From contig MCFE01000373.1 of assembly GCA_002104905.1 (NCBI GenBank), positions 20,940 to 84,939 of the forward strand: a stretch of DNA of 64,000 nucleotides, in the 5' to 3' direction. The stretch is from Basidiobolus meristosporus CBS 931.73 (taxonomy: Eukaryota > Fungi > Basidiobolomycota). Below are positions 24,610 through 35,450 of the stretch, in pieces; within the stretch, counting starts at the first letter, position 1; each line of letters starts with the position of its first letter. The translations under genes were made by a program, and so were the position numbers. The notes under the pieces are model-generated. The model saw nothing but the letters and a program-made list of their open reading frames with translations. It ran no database searches and was not told the DNA's origin.

Positions 24610-26419
24610 TACAAAATCCATCCCCCAGCTCACTAGTGCAGTCTGGACCAGATAAGGTGATGTTGGCTATGTTTAAGTTCTTGCCAAATGATTTTAGTAT
24701 GGCACAAGTGTCTACAATGAGCCTTCATACAGATATTTGGCCACAACTCATCAATCACGCAGAGCTGGATACCTCACAGTGTTGAATAAGATGGAAGAAT
24801 AGGAGTCCAGAGCTGTGGCATGTGTTCTACATCAATATGCCAGTAGATGTATATAAGGAGATATATAACAACACAAGTATTGATGACAAGAATGAGCTGC
24901 AAGTGAGGGGACTTGACAAGGAAGCCAGATACAAACAATTCCACACGCAATTTGCACAGTATAGGAAAGACACATCTGTTTGTGGCTCAACTTTGGGAAA
25001 CAAAGTGATTGTGAATGATTTTTGCCTCAAATGACTAATGTACTACAGGATATTAGTAGAGCTAAGTGGCTTCTGGGAAAATATGCCCAGGGCTCATCAA
25101 GGCAACAATTCCAAAGTATCAGGCAGAGAATAAAGGAACACCTTGAGGAACCAGAAGGTAAGCTTCAAGAGGACCAACAGAGGCTGCAAGCAACTGTGTT
25201 TAGATTGTACCAGCATGCCTTACTTGACTCCTTACCATCCCCTGCAATGCTGGTGCACTGGCACATATCAGTCCAATCTATACCAATACCCAAAACAAAA
25301 GCGCCTCTTATCAAGTCAACATGAGCCAGATCAGCATCTGCACTTCAGAGCAAAACTACCAGAGCTTGCCAAGCTGCTCATTTGGACACAAGCTCATTGG
25401 AGCGGGCCAAGACACATCAGCATATAGCATCACATAAAACTCAGCCAAGTGCTATGCCAATGCATCAACTCATGTCTGTGCATGCTGTTTCACCTGACTA
25501 TCAGCAAGCTTTGACTGGGGAACTAACTGACAAAGACCTGCATGAAGTGTCTCCACACCAGAGCCTATGGCAAGTAAAGATCATGTCAGTTTGTGGCACT
25601 TCAGGCTAGTGCTGATATATCATCTGGAGTAATTCAGTGCAGCCAAGCTCCAGCATGGCACTCATCAACTAGGAGGCAAAATACTAACTACAAGTACACA
25701 GGTAGCCAAGATGATTGTCTACAAGGAGGTAGATGCAATTGCATTGAATTGTTACCATTTGTCATGATTCAAACAATGCATTTTCTTTGCAATTTATATC
25801 AAGTTGTTGGGAATTTCTCAATTTTTGATATAAGTAATATCAAAGTTGTCTTACATTTGAAACAAAGCCCCTTCAATAAACACCCTGCCTATATATACAT
25901 CATCTGTAACACTAGTGCCGTTATTTGATCTGATTGGCACCTACAGAATTGGTTGTGTACTTGCTATTACACCTTGTCCAGTCACTAAGATCAGGTATTT
26001 ACTTGCTCAATGGTCAAAATGGGATATATGATGGCAAATCAGGTAGCATATGTATTGGTCAATGACCTGTTTGGGGGCTCACAGCTTCAGAATGCTCTTG
26101 GACCTATCAATTATTGATGTACCATCTACTTGGAGTGATGGTAACCAAAAATAAAAAGTGTCAGTGTATTTCATAGTGTGATATGCTTTATTCCCATTTA
26201 CATTTAAGAACCATATAGAAACCATATCCAAACACCAGATTTTACCTACCACAGTAGTGGCATCAAATTGCGCACATGATGCAAACATTCAAAGTCAGCG
26301 TAATCATCTGTGCCAACCTCATCATGTCAGATTGTGCCATAGTGTGCCAGATTGTCCCATATAGTGCAAAATCATCCAAGCGCAATCCTGCCTACTGATA
26401 GCTACAATATTGCACTTGA

Positions 26420-27330
26420 TTGTTCTTTACAACAGCAGATCATGCATGTGCCCCAGCACAGTGCAATGAAGCAAGTCTATTGTTCTCCATGGGTGTTATC
26501 TCATTGCACATTAGTGTTTTGCCAGGCTCATGCAGGGTACTGTTGCAAGGGGAGATAGGCTCACAATGCGTCAATGAGCCTTCTCCTTCAGAGCTATCAC
26601 TCCACTGGCCATATTCAGAAGGCTTTGGTGAGCCTAAAGGTTTCACAAGCTCACCCAGCTCAGTGTGCACATGGTCAAATCTGCAGCTGGGTACTGTTAT
26701 AGGTTTTAGGTGGCAAGCAAGATATGATTGGTACAACAGCACCTAATGTGGGCTAAATATGACTCTGTGGCAAAATGCAGGCTGTGATCCTTGCAATACT
26801 TCTTAAGCTGTCTGAATCCTTTATAGCTGCAAGGCTTGTTACAATATCCACATGGTTTTGTTTCTTTACTCTTTTGGCATCTGTTAACAGTGTAACACTA
26901 CCATATCACTTTTTTGTCAATATTCACATGAATTGAGTACAGTTCTTATCTGAGGCATTGCACCTTGACAAATGTAAGATTCTAAGATGACCCACCTCAA
27001 TAGACATTTTAAATAAAGCTGTGATTCCATATATATAAGCATATGTAACACTCCATCCCCTTAGGCATGACCCACTTCTATATATGTGCTGCCAACAAAT
27101 AAAGCAAAGTTATCTGGTTCCCACCCCAACCTTACAGCTAATAGCAACAGAAGAACAATTGGACAACAGCCTGCCCTGACATTCAGTGCAACAAGCAGCA
27201 ATGCATCCAAAAGATGCATGTCAACGGTGTGCCCACTGAGGGTAATAATGCAGACTTCTCAAATTCTCTGTCAAGTGTACATTCAAGAATCTCTGCAGAG
27301 CAGCAATCTTACCACAATGCTCAGGTAGAT
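26420..27330. mobile_element. CACTA fragment: transposase 5' region (minus) plus start of the divergent second gene (plus)
   Basis: Colinear with 21470-22020 and 43210-43970. NKAKLSG peptide is shared between the 27086 ORF and the frame at about 43750. Confidence 0.7.
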
Positions 27331-27435
27331 GTGAAGGCGGTAAGTATAGTACCCAAACCAATGACTTTTGTAACATGACCACCACCAATATCAGTAAGTA
27401 TGCTGCCATCTCACACCAAAGCATCAATAAGTTAT

Positions 27436-28560
27436 GCTATCAAAAAAATTTGGTCCTGCAGGTGCATCCAATCTGAATCAGCCATCTGGATCTTGCAGTG
27501 AGGCTGTCAAAAGGCTGATGGCCAAGAACTAATGACCCCCTATTCAGTATTATAACAAGATCATGATGGCATTTTGCTAATTTTGCTGCTAAATAGAGTC
27601 AAAAGCTTTGAAGTGTTTGAGCTGTCTTTTGAAGAGAATTGCAAGGTATAGTAAGAGACTTGATGCATTCTATATTTACCTACATGGACCCAACTGGCCA
27701 AAACATTGAATTACCTTATATGGAAAGAAGTTTAATGGTGTTCTGATGGCCTTATTGCAAAACTTTGCCGGCACTTTAGCAGCAGTACAGTAGCCTACTG
27801 CAATTTCTGTATAAGGCTACCATAACAATTTACCAAATAGTATTTTCTTTTTTAGCTCCCCTTGGGCCTTTCATATGTTCCACTATAAAATCATCCTTCT
27901 TTCTTTGCTTACCCGCTACTACCATGGGCTTTCCACATATAGCTCAAATCCAAAAAAATATGACATCCTGTGTACTGACCTCTGCATAAACACACACCTA
28001 CTGCAATTGAAATACTTCTATCACCTCAACCTTACAGCTTTATAGTGTGATACTTGCAAAGATGCCCTATACCTTGCATTGCAGGTGGCATTCACATTTT
28101 GCAAATGTATACCTGATTGCATCTGCTTTTGCAACCAAAACCTTCTGAATATCTGCAAAGCACTCCTTATGCTAATTGCACTCTGGCTTTTGTTTATGAG
28201 CACTCTCTATTAAATGGTGTACCAACTGGATTGTAATCAACAGAAAACCGGCATACATTGGTAAAGTTGTCCTAATAAAATTAGTTGTTTGTTGCATCTG
28301 ACTTAACTTTGCATTACTTAACTGATTACCCATGCATGGGGGCTGCTTAGCTTCTTGGTGCCAAAGACATAGGTATCTCCATGTGCAAATCTCTCCTCAA
28401 AATTTTCCAGCTCTTCCTGGCTATCCTCCATGTGCCAACTAATCATATTCATACTATACTTGAATGTTATGTTTTTGATTAGATTAGGATACAACAGTAC
28501 ATTCAACTTGACTTTTCTTACTATCTTCCTACAAATCTGCTTTGTAGGTAACTCCCCAAA
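27436..28560 (-). mobile_element. CACTA fragment: left end and transposase 3' region
   Basis: TTGGTCCTGCAGGTG end block as at 41330. Homologous to 41330-42400 and 19590-20380. Confidence 0.7.
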
Positions 28561-29390
28561 GATACAGCAAGCCTAGTATTTTCCACACACCAAGTAAGAT
28601 GGAGTAGAGATTGAACACTGTAGTAGCAAAGATCTACCAGGTATGCATTATGTCTGTGTTGTACCTATGAAAAATAAGTATGAAGATCCTATCAAAAGAC
28701 TATCTGTGGTAATGGAAAGTATTCCATTACTACAATATCTCTAAACCAATATTGCACTCATTTCTTTATTTTGCTTTTTTGCTATTGTAACACACAAGTG
28801 AAAGATCAAGAATTTCCAACTTTGATGAACAAATGCTCCAGACCCTGACAAGCAATCCACCCAAGAATTTTATGTCATACAAAACACGTAGTAGCCAACA
28901 CATGTTTCAAATTACAGCTCATTTAAAGCAGTACTTAAGGAGTTATGACCAAAAGAGTCCAATTATTATATATATTATGCCTTATTGCTAGGATTACTAG
29001 GGTGACTTTGATTGCATGTAACTTTCAAACCAGCCAATCAAATCACGTGAGATTTTCACAGGTGCTGCGCCTATGTCCGATCTGCGCCACTGCAAAATTT
29101 TAGCTTTGTATAACGTGTATTGCTTGCGCAATTGCCCAAAAACTTTGATCCTTCAAAATTTTCATATATATGACTTCCCCAGCTGAAAAATAAAGGGAGA
29201 GCCTCTCTTTCCAGAATCTCCACACTACAATTACAAGTTTAAAGGTTATAAGACTTCCCTTGCATCACTTGCACTGTTGAGTATTCTGACTTTGATTGGT
29301 ACTACATCAGTAAAGAGACTGCAAAGCTCACAAGAATCCAATCTAAGTTCTACAAGAAACTACCACTTTTCTGTCGGAAAAGTCCCCTCT

Positions 29391-29646
29391 AAGAAACTCC
29401 TTTACTCTAAAGACACCCCTTTAGGCACCCCTTTATTCTAAAGACCCCTTTAAGAAACCCCTTTACTCTAAAGAAGCCCCTTTAGGCACCCCTTTAGTGT
29501 AAAGTCCACTTTAGAGACCACTACAAGAAGCCCCTTTACTCTAAAGACACCCCTTTAGACACCCCTTTAGACACCCCTTTAGACACCCCTTTAGGTCTAA
29601 AGACCCTTTAGAGACTTCTACAACACACCCCTTTAGGTTAAAGGGG
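29391..29646. repeat. ACACCCCTTTAG-type tandem array inside the element E 5' LTR
   Basis: Many CCCCTTTAG / CTTTACTCTAAAG units. A second copy of the array lies at 32291-32520. Confidence 0.9.
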
Positions 29647-30180
29647 AGTTCAGAATTTCCATATTAGGCAATATTTTCTCAGAAAGTAAAGTGACTTCCA
29701 AATAAGGAAAATACTATAAAAGTAAATAAGCCCATTAGTCAACAGAAGGTCAGAACACTGCTGTAGAAGTGATAAACACTGCCTACAGTATATTTTGAGC
29801 CCAAGATTGAGGAAATTAGTGAAAGTTATATCTTCTATTGGTATATCAAACTCCCAATAAACTATTTCAGTATTAGCATACTGGAAGTTGTTGTATGTTG
29901 TTGATTAGCCTCTACATTGTAGAACAAGCCCCAAACTAATCATAATACAACACAACAACAATTTGGTGGAGGACCTGGGTAGTTTGAACCTTTCACTATA
30001 CAAGCATCAAGAAACGTTACAAGAATGACCAATACACCACTCCCAGAGTTAATAGCCACTTTTAAAGGTGCCATCCAGTAAAATTCTCAGGAGAGAATGT
30101 TACTGAGTTTCTAGAAGAGTTTAACAATATAGCTGCAGCATTTGAGCTATCAAACAAGAACAAAATCCACTCTTTCCACT

Positions 30181-32250
30181 GAGGAGAGAAGTCTCTTTTT
30201 GACTATGCTACAATGCTATGACAATGTCTTTGCATTTAATGATGCACAAAGAGGATGTTTATCCACAGAGCTATTTCCACTGGTTAAGATCCATACCGTT
30301 GAACATACACCATAGGCACTGAGATCATATCCTATTCCCTCAAGATTACTGAACAAAGTAATTGAAATGCCACAATCAAGATTTCAAAGTGGAGTCATTG
30401 AATATAGCTATGGACCTTATCGCAATCCCTGGTTTACACCGTTGATGAAAAATGAAAGTCTACGGTTTATTCAAGACGTACAGCATTTGAATAAGGTCAC
30501 CATCAAAGATGCTATGCAACCACCCATACAACATGAGTATATTGAGTCATTTACTGGATATCCTCTGATTACAACATTGGATCTCTATTCAGGATATGAC
30601 CAAATACTTCTGGATCCTACCTCAAGAGATTTCACCGCTATGGATACACCAATAGGACTCATAAGGATGACAAGAATTCCTCAAGGATGGACAAACTCTG
30701 TCCAAAATTATCAACGTGCAATGATTTGAGTTTTGGATGACTGTTTCCCTGAGATATGCTGACCATTTCTTGATGACATTGCAGTTAAGAATAAGTCAAG
30801 AGAAAAAGATACATCGCATGTCTTACCTCAAGTAAGAAGATATGTTTATGATCACATAAGCACAGTTGAGAGGGTCATGAAGAAACTTCAAGCTTCTGGT
30901 CTGACTGTATCAGGAGCCAAATGCAAGTTTGGCTACAACAAAGCAATCATTCTAGGTGAACTTGTTACTGAAAAAGGGAGATTGCCTGATCCTGCAAAAC
31001 TTTCATCGGCACTAAATTGGAAGCCACCAAGGAATATTCATCAAGTCAGACAGTTATTAGGACTTACTGGTCTATTCAGAATCTGGATCAACAACTATGC
31101 TCAAATTGCTAAGCCACTGACTCAGTTATTACAGAAAAACCAGAAATTTGAATGGCATGAAGAACAGGCAAATGCTATGTCAACATTGCTTGAGTCATTA
31201 TCAAAGCCACCTGTCTTAGCAGCTATAGACTACAGTGTTATTGATTCACAACCAATCATTGTATCAGTTGATAGCTCTGGAACTGGGGTTGGTGGAATCA
31301 TGATTCAAGTTTCAAAAGTTCATCATTGACAACCTTGCAAATATCTCAGTAGACTTTTCAAAGGGAATGAGCTTAACTATCCATCTATCAAGAAAGAAGC
31401 ACTGGGAGTACTCTATGTACTCAAAAAGCTAAAGCCATACTTATTAGGAGTACACTTCACACTGGAGGTTGATGCCAAGCCATTATTAGGAATGTTGAAT
31501 AAGTTAGAGCTTTTGCCTGATCCTATTATAGCACGGTGGATATCATACATCCAGATCTTTGACTTTACGCTGCAACACATACCAGGAGTCAATCACAAAG
31601 GACCTGATGCCTTATCTAGAAAGCAACCAAATTCACCGTACTCAACTGATGATGATGAGATTGATGAGTTTCTTGAAAACACTAGTCTTGGATTCTCATT
31701 CAGACATATGATACAAAGCAATTATCAACAAATCAAGGAATTTCTTACATCACTCAAAGTTCCTGCTGATATTCCCACAAATCAATGCAAAAATTTTAAA
31801 AAGAAGGCTCTGAAGTTTATACTGCATGATGGCACACTTTTCAGAAAAAGCAAACATGGAGTTCCTTGACGGTATATACATAACAAGCATGATCAAGAGA
31901 AGATCATTCAAGAATTGCATGAATCTGAATCAGGAGGTCATAAGGGAATTACATCAACATATGCAAAAATCTCTTTACGGTATTTTTGGCCAACGCTGTA
32001 CACCAACACAAAAGAATATGTGAAATCATGTATTCCATGTCAAAGAAGAGACAACCAAAAGATGCATGAACCACTTCACAGTATATACACATCTTATGCT
32101 TGGCAAATTGCACATGTAGATATTATACATTTACCAAGGGCAACAGCTGGGTATAAGTATGTGGTGGACTGTTGTGATAACTTTACTGGTTGGATAGAGG
32201 CTAGAATGCTGAAACAAGCCAATGCCAATGCTCACAAGAATCCAATCTAA
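30181..32250 (+). pseudogene. pol (RT-RNase H-partial integrase) of element E
   Basis: The ORFs at 30367, 30877, 31492 and 31915 are all in one frame. Motifs GPYRNPWF, LDLYSGYDQI, PFLDDIAVK, IVSVDSS, HESESGGH...CIPCQRR are present. Five nonsense codons interrupt it. Confidence 0.9.
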
Positions 32251-33523
32251 GTTCTACAAGAAACTACCACTTTTCTGTTGGAAAAGTCCCCTCTAAGAAA
32301 CCCTTTTACTCTAAAGACACCCCTTTAGGCACCCCTTTAGTCCAAAGACCCCTTTAGAGACCCCTTTGAGAAGCCCCTTTAGGCACCCCTTTAGTGTAAA
32401 GTCCACTTTAGAGACCACTACAAGAAGCCCCTTTACTCTAAAGACACCCCTTTAGACACCCCTTTAGGTCTAAGGACCCCTTTAGAGACTTCTACAACAC
32501 ACCCCTTTAGGTTAAAGGGGAGTTCAGAATTTCCATATTAGGAAATATTTTCTCAGAAAGTAAAGTGATTTCCAAATAAGGAAAATACTATAAAAGTAAA
32601 TAAGCCCATTAGTTGACAGAAGGTCAGAACACTGCTGTAGAAGTGATAAACACTGCCTACAGTATATTTTGAGCCCAAGATTGAGGAAATTAGTGAAAGT
32701 TATATCTTCTATTGGTGTGGTAGGGTAATCATACCTCCCACAGACAGGTTTATTCATATAGTCATTATGATATACTTATCCATATTTTATCTTATCAGTA
32801 TTATCCCATTCTTCTTTTGCCCATATTATCAGTATTATCCCCATATGATGTTTACCCTGATTAGTTATTAGCATTAGTTATCCCAGATGTTATTCAGCTT
32901 TGTGATCAGTAGATGTATCTATATAAGGCAAGTACCCGCGTCAGTACCCGTGACACATGACCTAGGTCTGTGTTACCATCTCTACCATTTCAATACCATA
33001 TATGGTATTTCTATGTTGCACAGGTTTCAGACTACTGATTCCTGATTGGTTGAGAGTGCTGTGCCTTTTAGAACCTTCCAGGACATTCTTGGCATATTTT
33101 TAGCTCATAGTGATGTCATCAAGAATTCCACTGATACCTAGAATCTTCTAGAACCTTGTCATTAGTAATCACTTGGCAATCAGGAAAAGTATTTAAGGGA
33201 AAGCAATCCCGCATCAATAAATCATCCCTTCTATCAGTAACACTTCTACCTTATTGATTAGCAGTTGATCACTGCACCTGCCTTCAACAGTACATCTAAG
33301 ACCTGCCATCAAGGAGCTTTTCAGGGTAGTGCACAAGACACACAGAGGCCTTTGGAGACACTTGGAGCACCTAGGAATCTAGAGAAGCAGGAGCTTTTAC
33401 CATAGTGACATATTGACAAAGACACCAGCAGTTTAGACACAGAGGTTATTGCACCCATCAGACACCTCACACACCTTGAGTTGTGTAGCTTCTCCCAGGA
33501 GTACCTCTACACCACCACATATT

Positions 33524-33540
33524 TGGCACCCAACGTGGGG
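33524..33540 (+). promoter_or_regulatory. tRNA-Lys-type primer binding site of element B
   Basis: TGGCACCCAACGTGGGG is one G>A change from the known tRNA-Lys1,2 PBS TGGCGCCCAACGTGGGG. Confidence 0.8.
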
Positions 33541-33593
33541 GGTTTGACTGAACTGCCCCTAGAAGACTTAAGAAAGAACAAATTATCAAGACC

Positions 33594-35450
33594 ATGGATC
33601 TACCTTTACCAGGAATGCAAGGAACTCCTTTCTTTGATGGAACCAAAGTTAAAGCTTTCATCAAGAGGTGGGAGCTTTTCTGCAGAGCCCACAAAATACC
33701 TGAGGCCATTATGGCTGAAGAGATGCCCCCCTACAGCACTGATGAGATCATGCTCTCATTATATGAAAGAAATGATCTGCTGACAAATTGGACCCTCTTG
33801 AAGAGCTACTTGATTGATGAATATGGAGAGAGACAAGTTGACTACACACTTCAAGACTTGGAGAACTTTGCTTATAGCAAGTTTAAGCAGCTACCATTGA
33901 AAGAATACTTGAGTGGCCTTGAGCAAATTGGAGAGTCACTGAAAGCCCAAGGCATTATCACTGATCTGACTTTATCTGCCTATCTGCTCAGAGCACTACC
34001 AGAAGGCCTGGTGAGAAGGATTGAAAACAATCCTACTGTGAAAGCTATGAGTTCACTGCCTGCATTTCAGTTAGCTAAGCAGATTCTACTTGCCCCTGAA
34101 GAAACCTCACCAATCAGAAAGCTTCTTTCAAGCCCAGAACAAAACCAAGATAGCCAAGACATACTTAATCCCAGCAATCAAAGCACTCAAATTCAGGAGT
34201 TGACACAGCAACTAGAGAAACTCTCTTTGCTACTTACCAGCAAAGCATATGGTCAGAAGCCAGTAGAGAAAGAAGTCAAATATACATGCATGTGGTGTGA
34301 CTCTGCCAACCACTCCAAGAGAAATTGCCAAGAGCTTCAGTCATTACTATCCACAGGTGATGTCCTATATAGTCCTCAGGGATACATAGTCAGTAAGCAT
34401 GGTGACAAATTATCCACAGCATTTGGACAAGGAGGAATGAGAGTTCACTACAAGCAAGTCACCTCTCAAACAAGAAAGGTTCACCTCCATGAAGAAGAAG
34501 ATCCTGACTACTTTGATCCAGCTGAAGTTCTGAACTTTGACTATGAAGACCCCAGAGAGGCCCAAGATCATATAGCTTCAATTTATGCTTCAAAGAGACA
34601 CCATCCTGAAAAAATGGCTAATCTAGGCCCAGCAACAAAAGTACCAAGATGTGAGCCAGAAGTTGTGATTGAGAAGAAAGCATCACCCCCATTAATTTTA
34701 CAAGAGTCTACCAAGGCCAACAACTACCACATGCAGCCTAGAGTAAAGCAAAATGGTACCCCAGAGGCTCTGACAAGTCATATACTAGGAAGCAACATAT
34801 CAATCAAGGTTGGAGAGCTACTCAGTGTATCACCATCTGTAAGAAAGACTCTGGATGAGCATATCAGAATAAGAAAGCATCCAATTGAATCAACTCAAGG
34901 CAACCAGGTCAGGACAGTTCAAGGAAGCCAAAATATCAGTAAGCTGCATCAAAGCCAGAAACACTACTACTCAGTGGCAACTGCAACAACTACAGGAACT
35001 GTGCATAATCAAGAAATCCTATGTCATATAGACAGTGGATCTGAGATATGTGTGATGCCTTTGGAGGCTTGGAAACAACTACCATGCAAAGACTTATTGC
35101 CCATAGACACCAATATCAATTGGAGTATGAAGGATGCCAACTCAGGGCAATCAAAGCTTTTAGGAATTATTCACAGCTTCCCTCTCATCATTGAAGGAAT
35201 ACCCCATGAGATCCCAGTATTCATATGTGCAAAGGCTAACTTTGAATTACTTCTTGGAAGACCATGGGAAGTAAAAGCAAGAGCAACTGCAGTGAACTAC
35301 CCAGATGGTTCAGCATGGTATACTATATACTCAGAGAGCCCAGGACTAACAGCAACCTTCTGTGGTGTGGACTCAAACAATATCCGATCAATGACATCAT
35401 GTAGATTTCTATCTCAAGAAAGGACAGGTGGCTTCATTGAGGAAGACTGA
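33594..35450 (+). CDS. Gag-aspartic protease polyprotein (618 aa, intact)
   Basis: Uninterrupted ORF with CCHC knuckle CMWCDSANHSKRNC, protease HIDSGSEICVM and LLLGRPW. No RT, RNase H or integrase follows. Confidence 0.92.
   Translation: MDLPLPGMQGTPFFDGTKVKAFIKRWELFCRAHKIPEAIMAEEMPPYSTDEIMLSLYERNDLLTNWTLLKSYLIDEYGERQVDYTLQDLENFAYSKFKQLPLKEYLSGLEQIGESLKAQGIITDLTLSAYLLRALPEGLVRRIENNPTVKAMSSLPAFQLAKQILLAPEETSPIRKLLSSPEQNQDSQDILNPSNQSTQIQELTQQLEKLSLLLTSKAYGQKPVEKEVKYTCMWCDSANHSKRNCQELQSLLSTGDVLYSPQGYIVSKHGDKLSTAFGQGGMRVHYKQVTSQTRKVHLHEEEDPDYFDPAEVLNFDYEDPREAQDHIASIYASKRHHPEKMANLGPATKVPRCEPEVVIEKKASPPLILQESTKANNYHMQPRVKQNGTPEALTSHILGSNISIKVGELLSVSPSVRKTLDEHIRIRKHPIESTQGNQVRTVQGSQNISKLHQSQKHYYSVATATTTGTVHNQEILCHIDSGSEICVMPLEAWKQLPCKDLLPIDTNINWSMKDANSGQSKLLGIIHSFPLIIEGIPHEIPVFICAKANFELLLGRPWEVKARATAVNYPDGSAWYTIYSESPGLTATFCGVDSNNIRSMTSCRFLSQERTGGFIEED

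Noticed and set aside
29391-29646. Telomere-like or CRISPR-like reading of the CCCCTTTAG array
   Set aside because: The units are irregular, are not the C-strand of TTAGGG/TTTAGGG, have no unique spacers, and sit inside an LTR duplicated at 32291.
29964-29990. Possible tRNA gene remnant at the element E PBS (TGGTGGAGG...TTTGAACC)
   Set aside because: Spacing to the T-loop-like motif is 2 nt off and no cloverleaf follows; treated as a PBS only.
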